Both the position numbers and the translations under genes were made by a program. The notes below the pieces were generated by a model. It did not search any database, had not been told where the DNA came from, and worked only from the letters and a program-made list of their open reading frames with translations. Below, one piece after another: positions 12,801 to 20,338 of a stretch of 64,000 nucleotides of DNA; position 1 is the stretch's first letter; each line of letters starts with the position of its first letter. The stretch spans positions 123,694 to 187,693 of IMG/VR virus record IMGVR_UViG_3300044673_000278, one strand, 5' to 3'. The stretch comes from a virus (taxonomy: Duplodnaviria; Heunggongvirae; Uroviricota; Caudoviricetes).

Positions 12801-14463
12801 TAATTGAACTGAGGCCGGCACCTGAACCAAAGAAGGTCGAGTTGACATTACCGCCGTCAATGTTGCCACTCACACTCAATGATGTTAGTGTACCGACTGA
12901 TGTAATATTAGGTTGTGCAGCAGTAGTTACAGTGCCTGCGGTAGTAGCCGAAGTTGCCGAGCCCGCATTGGTTGCATACGCAGCATTGGCCACTGTACCG
13001 GTTACGTTGGCGCCAGTTAGGTTGGTCAATGTAGAGCCATTGCCAATTATGTTGCCGCCACTGATGTTACCAGATGTGATAATGTTTGATGTTACCGTAC
13101 CGCTGGCTAGGTAATCAGCAACGTTAGAGTTGGCATAACTGCCGCCTCCACCAGAAATACCAGTAAGGAAAGCACCGTTACCTAAAATATATTGGCCGCT
13201 GATGTTGGCAGTGGTTGTGACATTACCTTGAAGGCTTGACAAATTACCAGTGTATGTTGGCAAATAGGTAGCAACGTCAGCATTGGAATAACCAGCTGGC
13301 AATCCAGTCAGCTGACTACCATTGCCAATAAAATATGCACCAGTGATATTACCAACGGCACTCAAAGATGTTAAGGTACCAACTGATGTGATATTTGGTT
13401 GTGCAGCAGTGGTCACAGTACCTGCTGTGGTTGCTGTTGTAGCAGCACCAGCATTGGTTGCATATGCAGCATTAGCCACAGTACCTGTGACATTTGAACC
13501 TGGAATCAGACTTAAACCAGCGCCTGATCCACTGAATGATGTAGCTGATACAGCACCAGTAACAGTTAAGTTGCCGCCACTTAGGTTGCCAGTGTATGTT
13601 GGTAGATATGCTGCTACATTGGAATTACCATAGGGCTGAAGTGTTCCGCTGCCTTGAATTACAGTTTGCTGACCACTTTCATTGGTTAAAATAACTGAAG
13701 TAGCATTGGCGCTAATAGTGGCATTACCAAGGTAAATGGTACTGTTGGACAGGTACAGATCGTTGAATGTAGCAGTTGGACTACCAATATTTTGAGTACC
13801 GTTGCCGGTTGGCAGTATGTTTCCGCCAAATGTGGTTGCTGCACTTCCGATTACAACCACGTTGGCAACACCACCAACTGTAGCAACAATGTTGCCGCCG
13901 GGACCTGCAATGCTTAAAACTGTGCTGCCATTGGCTAGCTGTGTGGCAGCCACGTTTGAGCTAACTGTGACGTTGGTTAAGAATCCACCATCACCAAAAA
14001 TAAAATTACCTACAACGTTTCCTGTGGTAGAAATACGTCCAGTGGCATTAATATTACTGGCGCCTAAGTTGCCAGAATAAGTGGGCAAATACGCTGCTAC
14101 ATTGGCGTTGCTGTATGTGCTGCCACCAGAAATACCTGTTAGAAAAGCACCGTTGCCGTAGATGTACTCGCCGTGAATTTCGTTGAAAGTTAAGTTTGCA
14201 GAACCTAGATCGTAGACACCGCTGATGCCAGGAACAATGGAACTGTTGGCCTGAATATTACCTATGCCGTTGGCGGCCAGTATCAAATTTTGGTTTAAAC
14301 CGTTGACTGATATTACGTTGTTGGCTATTGTAACATTGCTGCCAACTGGGCCAGCGTTGTAGATTTCTGTAAAATTTTGATTTACAGCATCAAACGCTTC
14401 GCGCAACGGTTCACCGGTGCCGTCGTTAGCGTTTTGGCCGATATTGATTATTTGCTGTGCCAT
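6868..14463 (-). CDS. Giant tail fibre-like protein (2531 aa) with gp9/gp10-type N-terminal baseplate attachment motif
   Basis: N-terminus MAQQIINIGQNANDGTGEPLREAFDAVNQNFTEIY; long repeat body; ends VSDAVALAIALG; own TAAATA motif and GAGGA SD upstream. Confidence 0.85.
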   Translation of the reverse strand: MAQQIINIGQNANDGTGEPLREAFDAVNQNFTEIYNAGPVGSNVTIANNVISVNGLNQNLILAANGIGNIQANSSIVPGISGVYDLGSANLTFNEIHGEYIYGNGAFLTGISGGSTYSNANVAAYLPTYSGNLGASNINATGRISTTGNVVGNFIFGDGGFLTNVTVSSNVAATQLANGSTVLSIAGPGGNIVATVGGVANVVVIGSAATTFGGNILPTGNGTQNIGSPTATFNDLYLSNSTIYLGNATISANATSVILTNESGQQTVIQGSGTLQPYGNSNVAAYLPTYTGNLSGGNLTVTGAVSATSFSGSGAGLSLIPGSNVTGTVANAAYATNAGAATTATTAGTVTTAAQPNITSVGTLTSLSAVGNITGAYFIGNGSQLTGLPAGYSNADVATYLPTYTGNLSSLQGNVTTTANISGQYILGNGAFLTGISGGGGSYANSNVADYLASGTVTSNIITSGNISGGNIIGNGSTLTNLTGANVTGTVANAAYATNAGSATSATTAGTVTTAAQPNITSVGTLTSLSVSGNIDGGNVNSTFFGSGAGLSSITGANITGTVANATYAATAGSAGSATSATTAGTVTTNAQPNITSVGTLSSLSVSGNVDGGTFNGNGAGLTNLAGANVTGTVANATYATNAGTATSATTAGTVTTNAQPNITSVGTLSSLAVSANATANNFSATTSVTGAVISASGNVIGGNVNTGGLISATGAVIAGSVTGTGNVTGGNINTTGLVSAGGNVTGGNVNTGGLVSATGNVTGGNINTTGLVSSTGNVTGGNLRTQGIVSASGNIITDGFFVGNFAGNITANIVVPGANTQVLFNTNGNADAVAGLTYNKDSNTLAVLGVLSAQGNVVAANAVISGLTTVTGNVIGGNLVTAGQVSASGNITGNYFIGNGSQLTGLPATYGNADVAAYLPTYTGSLPNLNGVVATTANVSGGNLNATADVVSLSGKFVGNAAGLTNIPGANVTGTVANATYATSAGSATSATTAGTVTTAAQPNITSVGTLTSLSVSGNIDGANVNGAHFGSGAGLSNLTGANVTGTVANATYATSAGSATSATTAGTVTTAAQPNITSVGTLSSLSVTGNIDGGNVNSTFFGSGAGLSNLTGANVTGTVANATYATSAGSATSATTAGTVTTASQPNITSVGTLSSLSVSGNVSASNLTLSGNVQGPLNVSGNVVAGYFIGDGSQLTNIAVGAGTQIVSGNSNVSVLTPNGNVAVAVSGATVVTASTAGIDVTGAVSATGNVTGSYIIGNGSTLTNLTGANVTGTVANATYATNAGSATSATTAGTVTTNAQPNITSVGTLSSLSVSGNVDGGNVNSTFFGNGAGLSSITGANVTGTVANATYATSAGSATSATTAGTVTTNAQPNITSVGTLTSLSVSGNVDGANINGTHFGNGAGLSSLTGANVTGTVANATYATSAGSATSATTAGTVTTSAQPNITSVGTLTALSVTGNVSADYFIGNGSLLTGVTASGVNAAALTGNTLSSNVLFSSLTSVGTLSSLSVSGNVTGGNIGTAGAVTAATVETTGNVIVGGDLVVNGNTFSVNIENLNVQDPIIGLGRGPNNAPLTVNDGKDRGEQLWYYTDAENSAFIGYQNSSGNLIAASNVSITNEIVTVNNYGTLVAGNIAAQTVSASGNVTGNYIVGNGSTLTNLTGANVTGTVANAAYATNAGSATSATTAGTVTTAAQPNITSVGTLTSLSVSGNVDGANINGAHFGSGAGLSNLTGANVTGTVANATYATSAGSATSATTAGTVTTNAQPNITSVGTLTSLSVSGNVDGGNVNSTFFGNGAGLSSLTGANVTGTVANATYATSSGTATSATTAGTVTTNAQPNITSVGTLTSLSVSGNVDGGNVNSTFFGNGAGLSSLTGANVTGTVANATYATSAGTATSATTAGTVTTNAQPNITSVGTLSSLSVSGNVDGGNLNTSGTGSFGSVTATGNISASAINAANFSLTGNVLGPLNVTANITGANVSTTNLSLTGNVVSPLNVTGNITGGNIEAVYAITAGSGITINNGSLSVPVGAVSATGNVTGGNINTAGLVSATGNVRGGNVVSAGTVTAAGQMIATGNITGGNISTAGLIAATGNINGGNINTVGLVTATGNVTGGNINTAGLVSAVGSLIGGNISTAGTVTATGNITGANLVAAVGISAAGNITGGNVIAGTFIGNLLGNISLTGSNTQVLFNNNGIVGSDSGFTYDAITNALSVGGTIATNNGGDVNVSGRVSVAGNVITNTGTISGAAVESGSTISAIGNITGGNVNAGGRVSATGAVIAVGNVTGGNLTTSGLVSATGAVNSGSVSATGNVTGGNINTAGLVSATGAVNSGSVTATGNIAGGNISTAGLIVATGNVSGGNVNSDGVLSAVGNIFGANITTTGIGNITTLEVVTLANVKSSEVSNSTTSGALKVAGGAGIGGNVYAGGFYTSGVASVGGNVTGGNVNTAGVISATGNINGGNLNATGLSLSGNVVSALNMTTGITTTGNITAGNVSASGTINIAGQPVATVSDAVALAIALG

Positions 14464-14485
14464 AGGTAAACTTAATCCTCTAGTG

Positions 14486-14491
14486 TATTTA
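14486..14491 (-). promoter_or_regulatory. Late promoter core TAAATA
   Basis: GGTAAATA 22 nt upstream of the ATG at 14463, with a GAGGA SD in between. Confidence 0.6.
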
Positions 14492-14521
14492 CCAGATTCA
14501 TAAGTTTACAGTTTTAGGGAG

Positions 14522-17500
14522 TTAATCGCGTCCTACAACAATCTCAATGATGCCAACATCACCGTTGAAGTTTTCCAAACTCTTGCCAATAATTGTGCCA
14601 GCGGCTGCAGATTTCACAGCTCGAGCTCGTCCATCAGGGGCAGATACCATCAAATCTCCTTTGGCCACTGGTCCTACAACCGCACACGGTACTCGACCTT
14701 GCAAGGCCAATTCCACAGCATAATCGCCATCAAGTCCAGAGTTCATTGTGTAACTTGGATTGGTAGAAACTACGCCAGCTACGCGGTGATCTGCATCTGT
14801 AGTCGATTGTGTGACTTCTTTATCACCACCAAAAACCAACACCGTACCTGGTGCATAGGGTTGATCTGCCAAGAACTTTTCTGCCAAGTCAGCGTATAGA
14901 GCTGTAGTAGCTGTAGCGAATACGCGGTTAAAATAAGTGGTTGAACTACCAATATTGCCCACTCCGTTGCCATTGGCGTTTACAATATTTCCAAGGGTAA
15001 CTGTACCAGTGCTAACACTTAAATTACCGCCGGTGATGTTGGCAGTAACAGCCAAAGAACTCAAAGTGCCAACCGACGTAATATTGGGTTGAGCAGCAGT
15101 AGTTACGGTGCCAGCAGTGGTAGCTGATGTAGCACTGCCTGCAGATGTAGCATAGGTAGCATTAGCCACGGTACCTGTGACATTAGCACCTGTGAGTGCG
15201 CTCAGACTTGCACCATTGCCATAGAACGCAACCGCAGTGATGTTGCCTGACGCACTCATACGCCCGATGTTGACGTTACCAGTGCCGTTAGGTGTTAGTA
15301 CAATGTTAGCATTAACGGCTGTAGTTTGAATATCTAATTGAGAAGAATCATAGATTCCGCCGCTGATGTTTAGGTTGCCACCTGAAATATTTCCAGTAGA
15401 AACACTCAGACTTGCACCAGTAATTGCACCAGTTGCACTTACTTGTCCTGATGTAGTAATATTGCCACCAACAACGTTGCCGCCAGCTGACACTAATCCA
15501 GCTGTATTGACATTTCCGCCTGTGACATTGCCTGTTGCACTTGCAGTACCAGCAGTGGCTAAATTGCCGCCAGTAACTGTGCCACTAGCAGACATTGTTC
15601 CCGAAACTGCGACTCCAGTGTTTGCAACAACTACAACGTTGCTGGTACCGTTTATGCTAATATTGGCATTGCCGTTTAAGGAACCAATGTTAGCTTCGGA
15701 TGTTCCATTAAAAATCTTGCTGGCATTGTAACCTGTGGCAAAAGTAATGTTTCCTAAAATAAATGCACCAGAAACGTTACCAGTTGCTGAAACTCCAGCA
15801 GAAGTATTAATGTTTCCTGTTGCTGTAATTAAACCACCAGTGTTGATGTTTCCACCTGTAACATTGCCAGTGGCTGTAATCAACCCGCCAGTATTAACGT
15901 TTCCGCTAGTTACGTTGCCAGTTGCCAATACTCCGCCGCTGGTGTTGACGTTACCAGTGGCAGTAACAAGACCGCCAGTTCTTATGTTTCCGCCAGTAAC
16001 GTTTCCTGTGGCTAATACTCCGCCACTGGTATTGAGATTTCCAGTCGCTGTAACAAGACCGCCAGTGATCAAGTTTCCACCAGTTACGTTACCTGTAACA
16101 CTGGCAGTAGCAGATACAACCAAAGTATTAATGTTACCGGTGCCAGCAGTGACAAGGTTGCCTCCAGTGATATTACCTGTGGCTGTAATTAATCCGCCGG
16201 TAATCAAATTGCCCGAAGTGGTATTACCAACCACTGACAACGAGCTCATGTTACCAACTGAAGTAATGTTTGGTTGAGCAGCACCACTGACCGTAGCAGA
16301 ATATCCTGAAATGTTAATAGCGTAGATACCTGTGAGTCTATCGCTGGGCACTGTGCCTGTGGTCAAGTTGCTAGCGTTGGCTGCACCAATCACAGTGTTA
16401 AAGTTACCAAAAGTAGCATTGACATTGCCGCCGTTGATGTTGCCTGTGGCACTGACTATACCTGCGGTGTTGACGTTGCCAGCAACCACGTTGCCAGTGG
16501 CTGAAACTACACCAGTCATTGTTAAACTGGTATCTGTTATAATAAGGACGTTAGCCACAGCGTTGACGTCTGCTGTGATTGGACCTGTTGCTGAACGAAC
16601 AGTTAAGTTTGTAACACCGTTTGCTAACTGAGACACTGCCAAGTTTGACACCGCAGTAACGTTGGATAGGAAACCACCGTCGCCTACAAAGTATGCACCA
16701 GTGACAATGTTGCCAGCTGCTGATACCAATCCTGACGAATTAACATTACCGCCAACTACGTTGCCAGTGGCTGTGATTCGACCTGCTGTACCAATATTAC
16801 CGCCTGTGACATTACCTACTGCCGAAATAGTAGAAGTTGCAGTTACTGAACCTGTGTTAGCTACGCCTGGAACATTGACATTTGCACCAGTGATATTTCC
16901 TGATGCACTAACTGTGGTTGCAAAAATGTCTGTGGTTGTTAAATTACCTGTGGCACTAATAATACCTTGGCTGATTAAGTTGCCGCCAGTGATGTTGCCA
17001 GTTGCGCTTACACCGCCTGATCCTGCTGTAATTCTAGTAGTAGCAGATAAGTTGTTTGCAGCCACGTTTGATGTAATAGACAAATTGCCGCCAGCAATGT
17101 TGGCTGCACTTGTAATATTGCCTGTAGCCGATACCAAACCTGCTGTGATATAGTTGCCACCAGTAACGTTGCCAATCACTGTAGCAGTACCGCTGGTATA
17201 AGTATTACCTGACACAGCAAATGTATGCAGCGGAGCGGTGTTTGCAACACCAACATTGCCAACGTTGTCTACTACAAACTTGGCAGAAGCTGCCGATCCG
17301 CCGGTGGATGTTAATACTTCAAAACGTGCGTTACCAGTATCACTGGTTGCTATAGATCTAACCGCAGTGGTTACACGGCCGCCCGGAGAAAGATCGCTTG
17401 TGTACCACTCTACTGCACCCAGCACAGTGTTTGTTGTTACCGTGGTATCAGTGTCGTTGAATATAAACGTAGGCTGGCCGGCGCTAGCGTCCCTAGATAT

Positions 17501-17899
17501 AACAATATTGCCATTGGCATTTAAATTGCCACTAGTACTTACGTTACCAATTGCAGTAATGATACCGTTTGAAGAAACATTTCCTGCTGAAATGTTGCCT
17601 GTAAAACCAATGGATCCTGCAAAAGTTGTTCCTGTTGACGATACAACAACCACATTGCTCACACCGCCTACACTCATGGCAATATTGCCGTTGGGAGAAG
17701 GAATGTCTATGGAAGTTGTGCCGTTAAAAATCTTGTCGCCTGCAATGTTACCAGTTAAACTAGCGTTTCCACTTACACTCAAATCTCCATTGATCACTAC
17801 CGATACTGCGTTGGCTGTAGGTCCAATGAACGACACTGAAGAGTTAGCTTCAAGTGTTTGAAAAACAATATTACCGGTGGAACGCTTATAGGTAGACAT
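14522..17899 (-). CDS. Tail fibre-like protein (1125 aa) with C-terminal peptidase G2/IMC-like domain
   Basis: GNVTGGN repeats; C-terminus YADLAEKF...PGTVLVFGGDKEVT...LALQGRVP...KGDLMV...IGKSLE, paralogous to 2219-6532. Confidence 0.8.
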   Translation of the reverse strand: MSTYKRSTGNIVFQTLEANSSVSFIGPTANAVSVVINGDLSVSGNASLTGNIAGDKIFNGTTSIDIPSPNGNIAMSVGGVSNVVVVSSTGTTFAGSIGFTGNISAGNVSSNGIITAIGNVSTSGNLNANGNIVISRDASAGQPTFIFNDTDTTVTTNTVLGAVEWYTSDLSPGGRVTTAVRSIATSDTGNARFEVLTSTGGSAASAKFVVDNVGNVGVANTAPLHTFAVSGNTYTSGTATVIGNVTGGNYITAGLVSATGNITSAANIAGGNLSITSNVAANNLSATTRITAGSGGVSATGNITGGNLISQGIISATGNLTTTDIFATTVSASGNITGANVNVPGVANTGSVTATSTISAVGNVTGGNIGTAGRITATGNVVGGNVNSSGLVSAAGNIVTGAYFVGDGGFLSNVTAVSNLAVSQLANGVTNLTVRSATGPITADVNAVANVLIITDTSLTMTGVVSATGNVVAGNVNTAGIVSATGNINGGNVNATFGNFNTVIGAANASNLTTGTVPSDRLTGIYAINISGYSATVSGAAQPNITSVGNMSSLSVVGNTTSGNLITGGLITATGNITGGNLVTAGTGNINTLVVSATASVTGNVTGGNLITGGLVTATGNLNTSGGVLATGNVTGGNIRTGGLVTATGNVNTSGGVLATGNVTSGNVNTGGLITATGNVTGGNINTGGLITATGNINTSAGVSATGNVSGAFILGNITFATGYNASKIFNGTSEANIGSLNGNANISINGTSNVVVVANTGVAVSGTMSASGTVTGGNLATAGTASATGNVTGGNVNTAGLVSAGGNVVGGNITTSGQVSATGAITGASLSVSTGNISGGNLNISGGIYDSSQLDIQTTAVNANIVLTPNGTGNVNIGRMSASGNITAVAFYGNGASLSALTGANVTGTVANATYATSAGSATSATTAGTVTTAAQPNITSVGTLSSLAVTANITGGNLSVSTGTVTLGNIVNANGNGVGNIGSSTTYFNRVFATATTALYADLAEKFLADQPYAPGTVLVFGGDKEVTQSTTDADHRVAGVVSTNPSYTMNSGLDGDYAVELALQGRVPCAVVGPVAKGDLMVSAPDGRARAVKSAAAGTIIGKSLENFNGDVGIIEIVVGRD

Positions 17900-18487
17900 T
17901 TACAGATCCTTTGTGTTATTTAGCCGGTTTAAGAAGTCCTGCATGGGCATGGTCACGAGGTTGGGCACTCCGTTGAATTCCAAAATGTCTGCTGTGGTTG
18001 TGCCCTTGACTCTGAAGAAGTTTGTTTTAGGAAAATCTTTCATTACTTGTACTAACTGTCTGGCCCAATTGCCTGAAAACGTTGGCTTAGCTGAGCTTTT
18101 TTTGTAAAATTCAGTGTCAGCGTACACATTGTTAAATTGATTATGACCAACTGGGCCCATGTCGAACCCTACGAGATACACAGCAACGTTTTGATCCATA
18201 GCAGCCAACCCGGCAGCAATGGGACCTGAACTGTAACCAAAATAAGGCTGTGGTACACGATAGGCACCAAGACCTGCTATGGGTTTTCGTGTGTACATTC
18301 TATGCTGCTCAGCATATCCAGACTGTTGTATGGCAGTGGCAATAGGTGTATCTGTACTGACCAGCACGTCTGGAGCAAATGTTCTGTACAAGGCATTGCA
18401 GCCGTAGACTTTGCCTTCGCGTTTTAACACGTTTAAATCTACTTCTAATCGGCTTACACCGTTGCCTAGTACAAATGCTCTGCTCAT
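17900..18487 (-). CDS. Conserved phage protein, possible Maf/GT42-like glycosyltransferase fold (195 aa)
   Basis: AFVLGNGVSR...VYGCNALYR...PDVLVSTD...VYLVGFD pattern resembles the GNGPS/GCN/GFD motifs of CstII/Maf-like enzymes; strong AGGAGG SD. Confidence 0.45.
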   Translation of the reverse strand: MSRAFVLGNGVSRLEVDLNVLKREGKVYGCNALYRTFAPDVLVSTDTPIATAIQQSGYAEQHRMYTRKPIAGLGAYRVPQPYFGYSSGPIAAGLAAMDQNVAVYLVGFDMGPVGHNQFNNVYADTEFYKKSSAKPTFSGNWARQLVQVMKDFPKTNFFRVKGTTTADILEFNGVPNLVTMPMQDFLNRLNNTKDL

Positions 18488-18492
18488 AAAAA

Positions 18493-18519
18493 ATCCTCCT
18501 AGTAGTTATCTAGGAGGAT
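18493..18519 (-). terminator. Intrinsic terminator-like hairpin overlapping the SD of the 18487 gene
   Basis: Perfect 10-bp stem ATCCTCCTAG/CTAGGAGGAT, 7-nt loop, followed by TTTTT on the minus strand. Confidence 0.7.
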
Positions 18520-18536
18520 CTCAGGGTTACACCAAA

Positions 18537-19052
18537 TTAAACGTATTTTTCAACAGCAGCGTAAGTGATAGTAGCGTTATCAGCAGCGCCAGACTTGACA
18601 CCAGTTCCACCATCAGTGAAGAAGTTGATAGCATAACGGTTGTTGCTGTAATCAAGCGCATAGCGGTTGGTCAAACGAGCAATTGTGGTGGCGGCAGAGT
18701 CGCCTACGCTCATGGTAATGTTCATGTTACCTTCGGTCAATGCACCGTCAGCTTCGTCGGCTAGTGTGCAAACACCAGTGTTAGTACCGTCAGTGACCAA
18801 ATACTTGGTAGCACCCTTTTGACGGATAATGTAACCGTCAGCTTCGGCGCCTGCACCGGAAATAAACACACGGCACTTGACTACAGGATAGGTAGCAGTG
18901 GCCAAATCGTTGGCAGCATCATTTCCGCCCACTACGTTGGTAAATTGGTCTGTGTTAAAAAGTTCAGGCACTACTGGTGATGTTAGTGTGTCCCAGGCGT
19001 TGAAACCAATGTCTTTGGTTGTGGTTTTTTTGATTTTTAGTGGACGTCCCAT
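18537..19052 (-). CDS. Putative virion structural protein (171 aa, MGRPL N-terminus)
   Basis: Strong AAGGAG SD, TATAAATA promoter upstream, first gene of the fibre operon. Confidence 0.6.
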   Translation of the reverse strand: MGRPLKIKKTTTKDIGFNAWDTLTSPVVPELFNTDQFTNVVGGNDAANDLATATYPVVKCRVFISGAGAEADGYIIRQKGATKYLVTDGTNTGVCTLADEADGALTEGNMNITMSVGDSAATTIARLTNRYALDYSNNRYAINFFTDGGTGVKSGAADNATITYAAVEKYV

Positions 19053-19078
19053 TTGTTTTCTCCTTAAAGAAGTCCGAT

Positions 19079-19131
19079 CGGGGTTCTAGCCCGTACGCGG
19101 TGGTTGGCCGCATAAAACGCAGAATTGCGTT
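19079..19131 (-). promoter_or_regulatory. Structured 5' leader with three consecutive hairpins
   Basis: On minus strand: AACGCA-ATTC-TGCGTT, GCGG-CCAACCA-CCGC, CGGG-CTAGAAC-CCCG, between the promoter and the SD. Confidence 0.55.
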
Positions 19132-19140
19132 GTAACCAAA

Positions 19141-19148
19141 TATTTATA
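19141..19148 (-). promoter_or_regulatory. T4-type late promoter TATAAATA
   Basis: Exact T4 gp55 consensus upstream of the 19052 gene. Confidence 0.75.
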
Positions 19149-19178
19149 TAAAATGTCTAAACTGCCGCTCTAGCACAT

Positions 19179-19184
19179 TAAATA
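19179..19184 (+). promoter_or_regulatory. Late promoter core TAAATA (leaderless type)
   Basis: 5 nt upstream of the ATG at 19190; no SD. Confidence 0.55.
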
Positions 19185-19189
19185 GACGC

Positions 19190-20338
19190 ATGGAAACAGA
19201 TTTTTTAATTGCACAAGGCAATCAACATCGTAGCGATAGACAATATCACGAAGCACTAAAATGCTATGCTTTGGCATTTGTACAAGATCCTGAATCTTCA
19301 GCAGCATGGAACAACTACGGCAATGTCACAAGAGAAATGGGCTACCCCAAGCGTGCCGTACCGTTTTTGCAACATGCCATTGAATTAGATCCTACAAACA
19401 TCACTGCGCATTTTAATTTGGCAGTTTGCTATTTGTTGTCCGGTGACTATGCCCGTGGATGGCCTCAGTACGAATCGCGCTGGAACTATGAACACCTTGC
19501 TGGCACAGAACCTCAGTTTTCACAGCCACGTTGGCGCGGTGAATCACTACAAGGCAAAACTATTCTAGTAGTAGGCGAACAAGGACACGGTGATAACATA
19601 CAATTTGTACGCTTCCTTTGGAACTTGCACGTCATGGGTGCTCGAATCAAATTGCAAGTCACTGATGGACTAATCCCATTGTTGGGTCGTAGCAGCATTA
19701 TTGAACAGATAGGACGTTACAGCGACGACATGGGCGAGTTTGATTATTGGGTTCCGATCATGAGCATTCCGGGCGTGCTGGGTATTACCTTAGACACACT
19801 AGCAAAGCCTGTGAGTTATCTCAATGCTGACCCTGCGTTGATGCAGCAATGGCAACAAACACTGGGGCCGAAAACAAAACTGAGAATTGGTCTGTGTTGG
19901 AGCGGCCGCAGAGATAGTTGGCTCAATCAGCACAAAGCCATGCCGTTTGAGGATGTAGTTCGCATGATCGAAACCAATTCCCAATACGAATGGATCAATT
20001 TACAGTGCGATGCTACACCCGAAGAAGAAGCCAAGTTACTGGAACTAGGTGTAAAAACTTTCCCCGGCCATATTCAAAGCTTTGCTGAAACTGCTGCGTT
20101 GATCATGCACATGGATGTGGTTGTAAGTGTGGATACCGCAGTGGCGCACCTTGCAGGGGCTTTGGGTAGACCTCTGTGGCTAATGCTCAACAAGTACAGC
20201 ACAGACTGGCGTTGGTTGTTGGATCGAGATTCCAGTCCTTGGTATTCCAGTGCCCGTCTGTTCCGTCAAGACGAGTATGGTGTTTGGAATAATGCTATCA
20301 ACAAAGTAACACAATTTTTGTCGTGGTTTAAAGTATGA
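19190..20338 (+). CDS. TPR-repeat glycosyltransferase (GT-B, GT9-like C-terminus), 382 aa
   Basis: N-terminal TPRs (AAWNNYGNV...AHFNLAVCYLLSGDYARGWPQYESRW), then EQGHGDNIQFVRF, IGLCWSG and DVVVSVDTAVAHLAGALGRP. Confidence 0.85.
   Translation: METDFLIAQGNQHRSDRQYHEALKCYALAFVQDPESSAAWNNYGNVTREMGYPKRAVPFLQHAIELDPTNITAHFNLAVCYLLSGDYARGWPQYESRWNYEHLAGTEPQFSQPRWRGESLQGKTILVVGEQGHGDNIQFVRFLWNLHVMGARIKLQVTDGLIPLLGRSSIIEQIGRYSDDMGEFDYWVPIMSIPGVLGITLDTLAKPVSYLNADPALMQQWQQTLGPKTKLRIGLCWSGRRDSWLNQHKAMPFEDVVRMIETNSQYEWINLQCDATPEEEAKLLELGVKTFPGHIQSFAETAALIMHMDVVVSVDTAVAHLAGALGRPLWLMLNKYSTDWRWLLDRDSSPWYSSARLFRQDEYGVWNNAINKVTQFLSWFKV

Larger units (their letters stand above)
2640..16290 (-). repeat. Intragenic coding repeats (QPNITSVGTL family, ~72-aa/216-bp unit, plus GN(I/V)TGGN short repeats) shared by three fibre genes
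   Basis: Manual count of about 7, 14 and 2 QPNI(T/A)SVG copies in the 1437-, 2531- and 1125-aa ORFs. The 216-bp period is visible from shadow ORFs starting at 11090/11306/11522. 65-nt identical copies at 3747-3811 and 3972-4036. Confidence 0.9.

Noticed and set aside
8690-13500. Regularly spaced DNA repeats resembling a CRISPR array
   Set aside because: The repeats are in-frame protein repeats with synonymous variation and no unique spacers; no cas genes.
2637-17861. Many long plus-strand ORFs (up to 646 aa) rich in P/V/A/L/T antisense to the fibre genes
   Set aside because: Shadow frames of the G/N/T/A/V-biased fibre codons; they mirror the fibre repeats and have no SD or promoter.
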